From an uncultured bacterium (GTDB lineage: Bacteria; Abyssobacteria; SURF-5), in the NCBI GenBank assembly GCA_964607485.1, contig CAZSKP010000004.1:96001-160000 (forward strand): a stretch of DNA of 64,000 nucleotides, given 5' to 3'. Position 1 is the first letter of the stretch. Each line of letters begins with the position of its first letter. Below are positions 19,923-28,462 of this stretch, one piece after another. The notes beneath the pieces were generated by a model. It was not told the origin of the DNA. It was given only the letters and a program-made list of their open reading frames with translations, and ran no database searches. A program made the position numbers and the translations under genes.

Positions 19923-20749
19923 GTCTGGGGTGGTGTGCCGCCTTCTTCTTGAAGCATTTGTTCTATGCTTTTTATGAAGCCCGAAAAATCAAAGGACGTG
20001 TCCCATGTGTAGGGGAGGTCCACAATTTCACCCGGATTCGAGGCCGATGCGAGCACGTTCAGCGCATCCTTCAGAACCTGGGTCTGAAGCTCGACATCAT
20101 GCGGTTTGCCGCATTGATGGCCGAGCGGGAAATTGAGGAATGCGCTGCGAGGAGGTTTGACCCGGGCCATCATGTATCTGCACGAGCCGAGGTAAATTGT
20201 GGAGAGTCCGGCTTCTTCGATCTTGCGTGCTATCAGTCCGACCGACTGATGGTCCAGCGGTCAGGCCGGGACAAGCAGGACAAAATCTGCGCCCTCCCGT
20301 TTCAGAAGAGCCAGTATTTCGGGCACAGTCTCATTCTGTAGCGCTGTGCGTTTATAGAGCCGACCCATCCCGAGCGTGACCGCAATCGGCGCCAACTTTC
20401 CTATGTACCGTTCAGCCTCGAGTTCCTTCAGCCGCTCGACGGGAAACACGCAGTTTAGGTCATTTGCGGCGTCTCTGTGGTCGAAGTAGTTGTGATGAAG
20501 CCTGAGCCTTTCGTATGGGGTGTCGATTGGAATCTGACGGAAGCTCAAGTCATTCACAGCCCAAGGGTTGAACGGCTCTTGGTCGTCTCTGGAAATGCCG
20601 GCTGAACTGACCAGCGCCAGGCAACCTTCTTTCAGCGGTTTGCTCAGCGAAGACCACGGACTCGTGTCAAATTCGGACCATTTATAGGGCGGGAATCCTT
20701 GACTCTGATACATCTCGTTGAGGGCCGATACATAATCTATGGGCTTCAT
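19919..20749 (-). CDS. Selenoprotein of the glycine/proline reductase B (GrdB/PrdB) family, UGA at 20261-20263
   Basis: Two ORFs in one frame joined across TGA: 'DFVLLVPA-U-PLDHQSVGLIARKIEEAGLST...PPR...FPLGH'; family motifs 'LVSSAG', 'DLNCVFPVERL'; hairpin directly after the UGA. Confidence 0.85.
20232..20250 (-). promoter_or_regulatory. Putative bacterial SECIS
   Basis: ATCAGTC-GGTCG-GACTGAT hairpin starting about 11 nt after the UGA, with G first in the loop. Confidence 0.75.
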
Positions 20750-20796
20750 TTATTGCACCTCCTTGCCGTGTAATGAGAAATGCCCGCAAGAGACCA

Positions 20797-21921
20797 TCAG
20801 AGTCCCATTTCCCGGGCAACTAATTCTCTGTGAAAATCCGCATCTCCGAACATCTGTTCCGCGGCCTTCGCCCGTTTGAAGTAGAGCTGGAGGTCATGCT
20901 CTTCCATAAAGCCGATGCCGCCGATAACCTGGTGGCCCAACGCTACCAGTTTGCGGTGGGAATCGCTCACCCAAGCCTTGCACATCGAGGCTTCCAGCTC
21001 GAAAGGAAGTCCTGAGGCGATTCTCCACGCCGCCTCGTACGTCATGTATTTGACCGTATCGGCATATGTGAGCATGTTGGCGCAGTGATGCTGAACGGCT
21101 TGAAATGCGCCGACCGGGCGACCAAACTGTGTCCGATCCTTGACGTAGGTGACCGCCATTTCCAGAACTTTCTGGGCCGCACCGACCATCTCAGCGCTCT
21201 TGGCAACGGCAGACATCAGGAGCACTTTCTTCAGGATGTGCCATGCCGTGCCAACTTCTCCAAGCACGTTGTTCCTCGGCACCGCGACCTCATCGAAAAT
21301 CACCTCACACTGCTTATCGCCCGCCAGCGTGTCGAGGGGGGCAATCTTGATTCCGTCGCTCTTCGCGTCAACCAGGAACAGAGTGACGTCCTCCGGTTCC
21401 GCACCGGTTCTGGCGACACAAATGATGGTATCGGCCACATGAGCGTCCGGCACAAAGAGTTTCGTTCCGGAAAGGATATACTGGTCGTCCCGAAGCCTGG
21501 CAGCCAGCTTTATTGCATCGGGAGAGTAAGTGCCGGCTTGTTCCAGCCATGCCAGTGTCAGAATACGACTCCCTTCGGCGAGTTCGGGCAGGATTTCCGC
21601 CTTTTGTTCCTCGCTTCCCGCTTCAATCAGCGTGAGTCCGCCAAGGACAACGGTGGAGAAAAACGGTCCCGGCAGGCAATAATGGCCCATCTCAGCCAGA
21701 AGGACCACCAGATCGAGAAAGGTCATATCGGAGCCGCCATATTCTTCCGAAACCAGAAGGCCCATCCATCCCAACTCGGCCATCTTCCGCCAGAGGTTCT
21801 GCGTGAACCCCTGTTTATCCTTTGCCATTTCCCGCACAAGCTCGCTCGGACATTCGTCGGCCAGAAACTTGTGCGCCGATTCCCTGAGCATATTCTGTTC
21901 TTCCGTAAGGTCGTAATACAT
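20797..21921 (-). CDS. Acyl-CoA dehydrogenase (likely second subunit of a heteromeric pair)
   Basis: 'LWRKMAELGW', 'LSGTKLFV', 'RTQFGRPVGAFQAVQH', 'GGIGF..EHDLQLY'. Confidence 0.92.
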   Translation of the reverse strand: MYYDLTEEQNMLRESAHKFLADECPSELVREMAKDKQGFTQNLWRKMAELGWMGLLVSEEYGGSDMTFLDLVVLLAEMGHYCLPGPFFSTVVLGGLTLIEAGSEEQKAEILPELAEGSRILTLAWLEQAGTYSPDAIKLAARLRDDQYILSGTKLFVPDAHVADTIICVARTGAEPEDVTLFLVDAKSDGIKIAPLDTLAGDKQCEVIFDEVAVPRNNVLGEVGTAWHILKKVLLMSAVAKSAEMVGAAQKVLEMAVTYVKDRTQFGRPVGAFQAVQHHCANMLTYADTVKYMTYEAAWRIASGLPFELEASMCKAWVSDSHRKLVALGHQVIGGIGFMEEHDLQLYFKRAKAAEQMFGDADFHRELVAREMGL

Positions 21922-21938
21922 TTTCCTCTTTCCCTTCC

Positions 21939-23105
21939 CTATTTTCGCGGGAGCTCCAGTCCTCTCAGGGCCATGATGCCTCGCTGTATCTCGGACGTTC
22001 CGGCATATATCGTCTCGACGACGCTGTTGCGATACAGGTGCTCGATCTGTCCGGCCAGTACCGCATGCTTTGAGCCCTTCTTCAATTGGCCATACATGCC
22101 CAATATCTCCGTGGCTGTATTGGCAATGTGTTGGGCTGTTTCGGTGGCGAACAGTTTTTGCATCGATGCCTGGTAGTTCGGGTGCTGGTCGGTGTCGAGC
22201 ATGTGAGCCAACCTGTAGTAGAGGTGCTTGTTGCACTCCACCTCAATCCTCAACTGGGCCAGTTTCTGCCGAACCAACGGCTTCTTTGACAACATTTCCC
22301 CGTCCACCTCGGTCCGCTTGGCGTATTCCACTAATTCATCAAATACCCGACGATAAACCGCGAGCGGGAACATCCTCTCGAAGTCCAGGGCATGCATGAC
22401 ATAGTAGAATCCTGCGTTCAGGTTGCCGACAAGGTTTTTCTTCGGCACCTTGACATCGTCATAATAGACCTCGTTGGTACGCCAGCCGGCCATGGTAATC
22501 AAAGGGCGAATCGTGATGCCGGGGCTTTTCAGGTCCACGATGAGAATTGACATTCCTTGATATTTCCCCGCGTCGGGGTCGGTTATTGATGCCAGCCAGT
22601 GATAGTCGGCCACGTGGGCATGAGTGTTGAACGTCTTTTGGCCGTTGACGGTGAAAAAGTCGCCGTCATCCACCGCCCGAATGCTCAAAGCTGCAAGGTC
22701 GGAACCTGCCTGAGGCTCTGTGTAGCCGAGGCAGAATTCCACCTCTCCCCGCGCGATAGGCAGCAGCCATTCCTGTTTCATTTCCTCGCTGCCAAAGTGC
22801 ATGATGGTTGGGCCCGCCATGTGCGCGGCAACAAAAATCAATGGCACCCCGGCCAGCGCCATCTCTTCCCGTATCGCGAAGGCTAATGTCGTCGAAGCGC
22901 CCAATCCGCCATACTCCTTGGGCCAGTTGGGCGTCAACCATCCGTTCGCTGCAAACTTCTTGATAAACTTGCGCCCCTCTTCTCCCCCGTAGATATATCC
23001 CAATTGCAGGGTCTCGGCCAACAACTCCGGCGTCGATTCAGACCTCAGAAACTCTCGGACGTCTTCCAGCAACGTCCGCTCCTCTGGTGAAAAACCGAAG
23101 TCCAT
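21939..23105 (-). CDS. Acyl-CoA dehydrogenase
   Basis: 'CLGYTEPQAGSDLA', 'NGQKTF', 'ALDFER', 'TIYAGTSEIQR'. Confidence 0.93.
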   Translation of the reverse strand: MDFGFSPEERTLLEDVREFLRSESTPELLAETLQLGYIYGGEEGRKFIKKFAANGWLTPNWPKEYGGLGASTTLAFAIREEMALAGVPLIFVAAHMAGPTIMHFGSEEMKQEWLLPIARGEVEFCLGYTEPQAGSDLAALSIRAVDDGDFFTVNGQKTFNTHAHVADYHWLASITDPDAGKYQGMSILIVDLKSPGITIRPLITMAGWRTNEVYYDDVKVPKKNLVGNLNAGFYYVMHALDFERMFPLAVYRRVFDELVEYAKRTEVDGEMLSKKPLVRQKLAQLRIEVECNKHLYYRLAHMLDTDQHPNYQASMQKLFATETAQHIANTATEILGMYGQLKKGSKHAVLAGQIEHLYRNSVVETIYAGTSEIQRGIMALRGLELPRK

Positions 23106-23153
23106 TATCTGGTTCCTCCCATCGATTTAACTTTACCCGTGTTACGGGCCGGA

Positions 23154-23558
23154 CTATGAGCCGGACACGTAGGCTCCCTTCTTTTCCTCAGCGATGTTGT
23201 TTATGTATGCAAAATTCAGGAAGTATTCCAATGTACCCAGATACTTGCCGGACTTATCCCTGATTGCGAAAAAACAATTCAAGGCCCTGAGTCCCCAATC
23301 CTCTTTTATTACCCAGAACTCGTCTTCGTCCTTCTTTCCGCTCTTGAAATCCGACAGCATCTTTTCAAGCCTCGGTAGGCTGCTCTCTTTGTGGCAATCC
23401 CGGACGTCTTTTCCGAGGCTTTCTTCGGGGGGCTCCAGCAGGCGGGCCTTGGAGTTGTTCCAGTACCTGACGCGATCATTCTCGTCGATGAACAGAAGTT
23501 GAAACGGCATCGCATCGAACATACCTTCTATCTGTTCCGCTGTAAGCTTTTCGATCAT
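23154..23558 (-). CDS. PAS domain protein (PAS_10-like)
   Basis: 'FIDENDRVRYWN', 'GKDVRDCH', 'AIRDKSGKYLGTLE'. Confidence 0.85.
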   Translation of the reverse strand: MIEKLTAEQIEGMFDAMPFQLLFIDENDRVRYWNNSKARLLEPPEESLGKDVRDCHKESSLPRLEKMLSDFKSGKKDEDEFWVIKEDWGLRALNCFFAIRDKSGKYLGTLEYFLNFAYINNIAEEKKGAYVSGS

Positions 23559-23814
23559 GTTTCGCTCCTCTCCGTGGACGGCCTGAACGAATAACCGAAA
23601 CTATACTACTCGGTGGCCTCGGCTTTTTCAAGACAATCTCAATGGAAGCGAACGCGTGGGAGAGCTTTCTCCGAAGAGGCGGCATTGTTCACCCGCAGAA
23701 TTGTCACGAAGCATCCTTGGCCGTGCAGAATTGGAGAACGATCCGTGACTCATCTGGAGCGGTATGTGAGCGATCGGATGAGTGATGGTTGCGCTCTGGA
23801 GGTGGGGAAAATTG

Positions 23815-24675
23815 TCAAGGCTTGGCCGCGAGGTCGAGTTTCGCGGCGAGATTGAACACCGCCCAAGCGCCGCAGAGGTCGCAGTCCACATCGTTACCGT
23901 AGCAGCAGAAGGGGCTTACAAACTCGTCACCCGCGAGATAGAGCGGCAGCAGGTATTTCTTTACCGGACAGTTGTCGGTGACGGCCCTCGCGTTATCGGA
24001 TAGCGTGAGTTCAAGGGCGCGGCGGGTGTTCCAGATGAAATCGGGGTACTTCTCCTTCAGCCTGATCACTTCTCGCACGGCTTTATCCCGCCGTTCGAGG
24101 GAGCCCCAGGTAAATTCTGAATCGTCATTGCTGTGAGGGACATAGAAAGAAAAGGTCATGCCCTCGGCCCGTGTCGGCCGCAAGAGCTCAACCAGCTCTT
24201 CGAGGGCGTCCTCACTGGCTTTCGTCACGGCACACTGACACATGAGTGTCGGCCCAAACTCTTTAGGTACCCGCGACAAAGTGTGCATCACCTTTGCGAA
24301 TGCGCCCTTGCCTCGGGTGGAATCGTTCAGCTCGGGCGGGCCGTCTATTGATACTACATATGTGCATCGGGGCAGGTCTATCGGATCGAGCGTGCCATTG
24401 GTCGTGACAATGTTTCTTTGAAAAAGCTTGGTTCCCTCGGTCAGCACGTCGGGCCTGAGGAGGGGTTCTCCACCCATCCATAGCATGGTCTGTAATCCAT
24501 GGCGCTCCTTCAGCTCGGATATTTTCCGCAGCATCGTCGCGGTGTCCATCTCTTCGCTCGGGTCGTTCGGGTTTCCGTCGCGGTAGATGAAACAGTGCTT
24601 GCAACGAAGGGTGCATCTGTTTGTTATGTTGATGACCGCCGCGGGGTATTGTCTGGCATCAGTTTTCGCTTCCAC
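23815..24675 (-). CDS. Radical SAM protein
   Basis: CTLRCKHC, 'GGEPLLR', 'TNGT', 'SIDG', C-terminal 'CCYGNDVDCDLCG'; GTG start with AGGAG RBS. Confidence 0.88.
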   Translation of the reverse strand: MEAKTDARQYPAAVINITNRCTLRCKHCFIYRDGNPNDPSEEMDTATMLRKISELKERHGLQTMLWMGGEPLLRPDVLTEGTKLFQRNIVTTNGTLDPIDLPRCTYVVSIDGPPELNDSTRGKGAFAKVMHTLSRVPKEFGPTLMCQCAVTKASEDALEELVELLRPTRAEGMTFSFYVPHSNDDSEFTWGSLERRDKAVREVIRLKEKYPDFIWNTRRALELTLSDNARAVTDNCPVKKYLLPLYLAGDEFVSPFCCYGNDVDCDLCGAWAVFNLAAKLDLAAKP

Positions 24676-24798
24676 CGTTCTTCTCCTTGAAGACCGCCAA
24701 CTCAACCAGTTCCCGGATGATACAACATATGAGGATGCGAGGATAGTGATTGCTGCCCGTAGGCTTCGACCCGGCAGCAAGAATTTCTTCGATCAAGA

Positions 24799-26073
24799 TC
24801 ATCCTCGTCTGAGACTCTCAGTCTCAGACCTGCTCCGGGGCTTCAGCGATTCAACAAAAGCTTCCATCCGGGTGAAAACAGGACCCTCCGCATATGCACG
24901 TTCATCGTTCATGTCCGCTTCCACGAGGATCCCCGGCACTCCTGTCCACTCCGATAACATATTCTTAATGTCGTATTGTCCGAACGAATAAGGTCTGCAG
25001 CTTCTATTTGAATGAAATATCACTCCGTCAATTGCATACTCCTCGATGATTGAACGCATCAGCTTTGCACGATGCTGTATGCTCATGTTTACGAATGCCG
25101 ACGCATACGCGCGCGCGATACCGTCCAGTGGGTCATCTGCCTCGAGATCGTAAGACACCCATCCGTTAAGATACGTGGATGCTACCACACAGGCCCCGAG
25201 GCCGGCGAATTTCTCGGACAAGCTTCGAGTCTTGAACCAGATGGGAAGATTATCCCAAAGAAGACGGTACTTCTCGTTCGGAACGGCGGCCACCCCCTGC
25301 GCCACACGCTCCTCCAGCTCATCCTTGAGAATTTCGTAAAAATCAATTACCTCCTGCTTGCCGCGAAGAGTCACGACGGGCGCCATCAAGACAAAACCGT
25401 CAAAGGCGCTGATAGGGGAAGGAATACTCTTGCAGATTGCAAGCGTGTCTCCCCAGAGTCGTGACGCCTTACTCGAAAGCGCGACGACTTCTCTCAGGCG
25501 CTCCACGTCGAACCGCGTGCCCACGAGGGATTCGAGCCGACCGGCGGCCCGGTCGAGTTGGCGTCTCACATAATTGAGCGCATTCTCAGTCAAGTCTTCG
25601 TGTATGAATGGAGTGTCTATGTAAATGAGAGGGACGTTGAAAAGACGAGCCAGGGCCTCATACCATTTCGTCACCATGCCGCAGGTGTTATTGCAGCAGA
25701 GCAGGGAATCGGGCTTCGGAAGACCCATTATCGGGCTCTTTCCGGTGAGAGCGGAGCCGATATCACAGCGAGCGTAGGAACAGATGTCCCGCGAATATCC
25801 CTCGCGCTCGGCTATTTCGCACAGCTCCACACCCATTTTGGCGGCGCCGCACATTGCCGCATGATTCTCAGGATAGACGGGAATCACGTCCATCGCAATC
25901 AGAAGTTCGACGGGTCCTCCGCCCGTGATCCATGCAACTTTACGATTGTTCTCGGCCGCATTCTTGGCTTCGAGATAATAGGTTGACATCATTTCCCTCA
26001 TGATTCGACTCGACCGAATCTTGCGAGGGGGTGTCTTTGAAATGCCGTTATCCATAGAGAACCTCGGCTGCAT
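24799..26073 (-). CDS. 2-hydroxyacyl-CoA dehydratase subunit (HGD-D family)
   Basis: 'YPENHAA', 'DICSY', 'LPKPD', 'CNNTC', 'DGVIFH...SC', 'EADM..R...TRMEAF'; start uncertain. Confidence 0.9.
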   Translation of the reverse strand: MQPRFSMDNGISKTPPRKIRSSRIMREMMSTYYLEAKNAAENNRKVAWITGGGPVELLIAMDVIPVYPENHAAMCGAAKMGVELCEIAEREGYSRDICSYARCDIGSALTGKSPIMGLPKPDSLLCCNNTCGMVTKWYEALARLFNVPLIYIDTPFIHEDLTENALNYVRRQLDRAAGRLESLVGTRFDVERLREVVALSSKASRLWGDTLAICKSIPSPISAFDGFVLMAPVVTLRGKQEVIDFYEILKDELEERVAQGVAAVPNEKYRLLWDNLPIWFKTRSLSEKFAGLGACVVASTYLNGWVSYDLEADDPLDGIARAYASAFVNMSIQHRAKLMRSIIEEYAIDGVIFHSNRSCRPYSFGQYDIKNMLSEWTGVPGILVEADMNDERAYAEGPVFTRMEAFVESLKPRSRSETESLRRG

Positions 26074-26157
26074 CTGATATTTTCGTCGATTTACTCGCCA
26101 GAATCAGGCTATCATCTCGCAACCATGATACTCGCCCGCCGCTCTAATTTCAAGCAA

Positions 26158-26205
26158 TCCGAGGCCATCCTATACCGCGGCTTCGACCGGGGGCTGTGGA
26201 GGTGA
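26158..26205 (+). repeat. Direct copy 1 of the comM 3' end
   Basis: Encodes SEAILYRGFDRGLWR* versus com[16 protein letters not shown] (13/15 aa; 38/48 nt identical to 15002-15049). Confidence 0.92.
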
Positions 26206-26325
26206 GAAACCAACGAGAAGTCGGGGACTTGATTCTGCCGACTGCTTAGAGTAGAGTCATCTGTAAGAATCATGACGACGTGACTCCTTGACCACGTCAG
26301 AGCTACCTCGGAAAGGGAACAGAAA

Positions 26326-27036
26326 ATGGCAAAGGCTGACAACCCAAGGGAGTATCCGCCCGGATCTTTCGATTCTTTTCGAATCAGGGACGAGAAAAAT
26401 TTTCTGGCCGGAACTCGCGAGCATCCGGAAGAATTGGCAAGCGCCGGCAGAATTTTTCTTGAATTTATTTACGGCCTCCAAGCTCTTGGGACTCTCGGGC
26501 CGTGCGTGACCGTGTTCGGCTCGGCGCGGTTTCCCGAGGAACATCGCTATTACAAACTGGCGCGCGAACTCGGCAGGAGGCTGGCGGAAGAGGGATTCAC
26601 CGTCATGACCGGCGGCGGGCCCGGCATCATGGAGGCCGCAAACCGCGGCGCCAGGGACGCCGGCGGGCTGAGCATCGGATGCAACATAGAGCTTCCCAGC
26701 GAGCAAGAACTGAATCCATACGTTGACCGATTTGTCGAGTTTGAGCATTTCTTCGTGCGGAAGGTCATGCTGGTGAAATATTCCCAAGCATTCGTCGTCA
26801 TGCCCGGCGGATTCGGCACGCTCGACGAGGTGTTCGAAACGCTGACGCTCATCCAGACGAACAAGATCGAGTCGTTCCCCGTCATCGCCATGGGAGGAGA
26901 GTTCTGGGGGGCGCTGACAGGATTTATTCGCGACACGATGGTCGTAGAAGGAACGATAAGCGCTTCGGACCTCAGCCTGATTCACCTCACCGATTCGGTT
27001 GGCGAAGCGATGGAGGTCATCCGACAGGGGATGTAA
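26326..27036 (+). CDS. LOG family protein (TIGR00730-type)
   Basis: 'VFGSARF', 'TGGGPGIMEAANRGA', 'PGGFGTLDE'. Confidence 0.93.
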   Translation: MAKADNPREYPPGSFDSFRIRDEKNFLAGTREHPEELASAGRIFLEFIYGLQALGTLGPCVTVFGSARFPEEHRYYKLARELGRRLAEEGFTVMTGGGPGIMEAANRGARDAGGLSIGCNIELPSEQELNPYVDRFVEFEHFFVRKVMLVKYSQAFVVMPGGFGTLDEVFETLTLIQTNKIESFPVIAMGGEFWGALTGFIRDTMVVEGTISASDLSLIHLTDSVGEAMEVIRQGM

Positions 27037-27110
27037 TCGCATCCGGCGACATGCTGCACAAAGCCCTCGAAAAGCGTGCAAAAATGGGGCTTTTCCTCTC
27101 TCTCTCCTGA

Positions 27111-27869
27111 ATGGTTTCCGACTTGCAATCGGGGCCACCGATTTGGTATTATGGATATTGGGCCGAATTCAAGGCGTACACCCCGGATGAGAATCTCTGT
27201 GGCTTGGCAAAAGGAGCAAGTTCTATGGGTCCGAATCAAGAAGCCACGGCACATCGCGCCTCTCAGAACCCCCGCATTCTTCTTGTGGAGAACGACGCGA
27301 ATGCCGGCAAGGGGCTTCAGACGGTTCTGAGAGAGGAAGGCTATGCCGTTGAGCTGGCGACGACGGGATCAAGCGCACTCGAGTCGTTCAGGGGAAATGG
27401 TTTTGATCTTGTTGTGGCCGACCTTCGGTTGCCGGACATTGACGGCATGGATGTGCTCAAGCAGATCAGTAATGAACGTCCCGAAACGAAAATGCTGGTC
27501 ATCACCGAACATCCGTCGATCTCTTCGGCGGTGGCGGCGGTGAAAATCGGCGTGATCGATTATCTCCGAAAACCTTTCACGGACGATGAGTTCAAGGCGG
27601 CCGTTGCCTCTGCTCTTAAGTCCAGCCAAGGGGCTTCAATGGAGAATCTCCTCGTCGAGACCCATCAGGGGCGTCTGAGAAAGTTGTCGAATTCTGGAAC
27701 GAGCTGATGGATAGAGGCTCGGAGGCCCTTGAGGGGTATCGGCTTTCCCGCCAGGCCAAGGCCGCGATGCTATCGGGCGATTTTAGAATGGATTCGAAAA
27801 GATGTCGGAGATTTGTCGGAAGAACGGCTCGGCTGCATTAATAAGCCGCTTGAGCGGGAGGCTTGGTAG
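27111..27869 (+). pseudogene. Response regulator (REC plus C-terminal helical domain), frameshifted
   Basis: REC motifs 'RILLVEND', 'DLRLPDIDG', 'DYLRKPF'; the C-terminal domain continues through two frameshifts ('EFWNELMDRGSEALEGYRLS...SGD/LEWIRKDVGDL...EREAW*'). Confidence 0.75.
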
Positions 27870-27931
27870 GTTCTTGTCGATGTTGACAACGGATGCTTGA
27901 CTCAATCTCAGTGGTTGGGAGGATTGGACTT

Positions 27932-28462
27932 ATGGATATTGGCGCACTTGAATCTCCGGTTTCGGAGGATATTGCTGAAATTGAAAAAACCAATTCGGCC
28001 ATGCGGAAAGAATTCGAAGGGAAGCCCGAGGAACTCATCCCCATCCTCCAAATGGTTCAGAGATCGCTGGGGTATCTTCCTGAGGAATCGCTCCTCGAGA
28101 TAGCGCGGTTCATTCGTGTGCCGGAGGCCCGCGTATTTGCTGTCGCAACCTTTTACGCCCAATTTCGATTCACGCCGATAGGGAGACATCATGTGTTGGT
28201 CTGCAGGGGCACTGCGTGTCACGTCAGGGGGGCCCCTCGAATATTGGATGAAATAAAGAAGGACCTGCGCATAGAGGAAGGAGAGACCACGCCCGACAGG
28301 GAGTTTTCACTCGAGACCGTGGCCTGCATCGGCGCGTGTGGTGTGGCTCCGAATATGGTGATAAACGAACGAACCTACGGCCGACTTACGAAGAAAAGGA
28401 TCAAAGAGATATTTGCGGAGATTAGGTCCGAAAACGATGGGAAGGAAAATGAAAAACAATAA
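27932..28462 (+). CDS. NADH dehydrogenase NuoE/HoxE-like 2Fe-2S subunit
   Basis: 'LIPILQ...GYLP', 'VATFY', 'CRGTACHVRG', 'ACIGACG'. Confidence 0.93.
   Translation: MDIGALESPVSEDIAEIEKTNSAMRKEFEGKPEELIPILQMVQRSLGYLPEESLLEIARFIRVPEARVFAVATFYAQFRFTPIGRHHVLVCRGTACHVRGAPRILDEIKKDLRIEEGETTPDREFSLETVACIGACGVAPNMVINERTYGRLTKKRIKEIFAEIRSENDGKENEKQ

Noticed and set aside
27710-27726. 'gatagaggctcggagg' resembles the comM end
   Set aside because: Lies inside the regulator's coding tail (MDRGSE); short chance match
27668-27870. 'ggggcgtctgagaaagt' looked like an IS terminal repeat truncating the regulator
   Set aside because: Downstream sequence translates as the regulator's own frameshifted C-terminal domain; no IS needed
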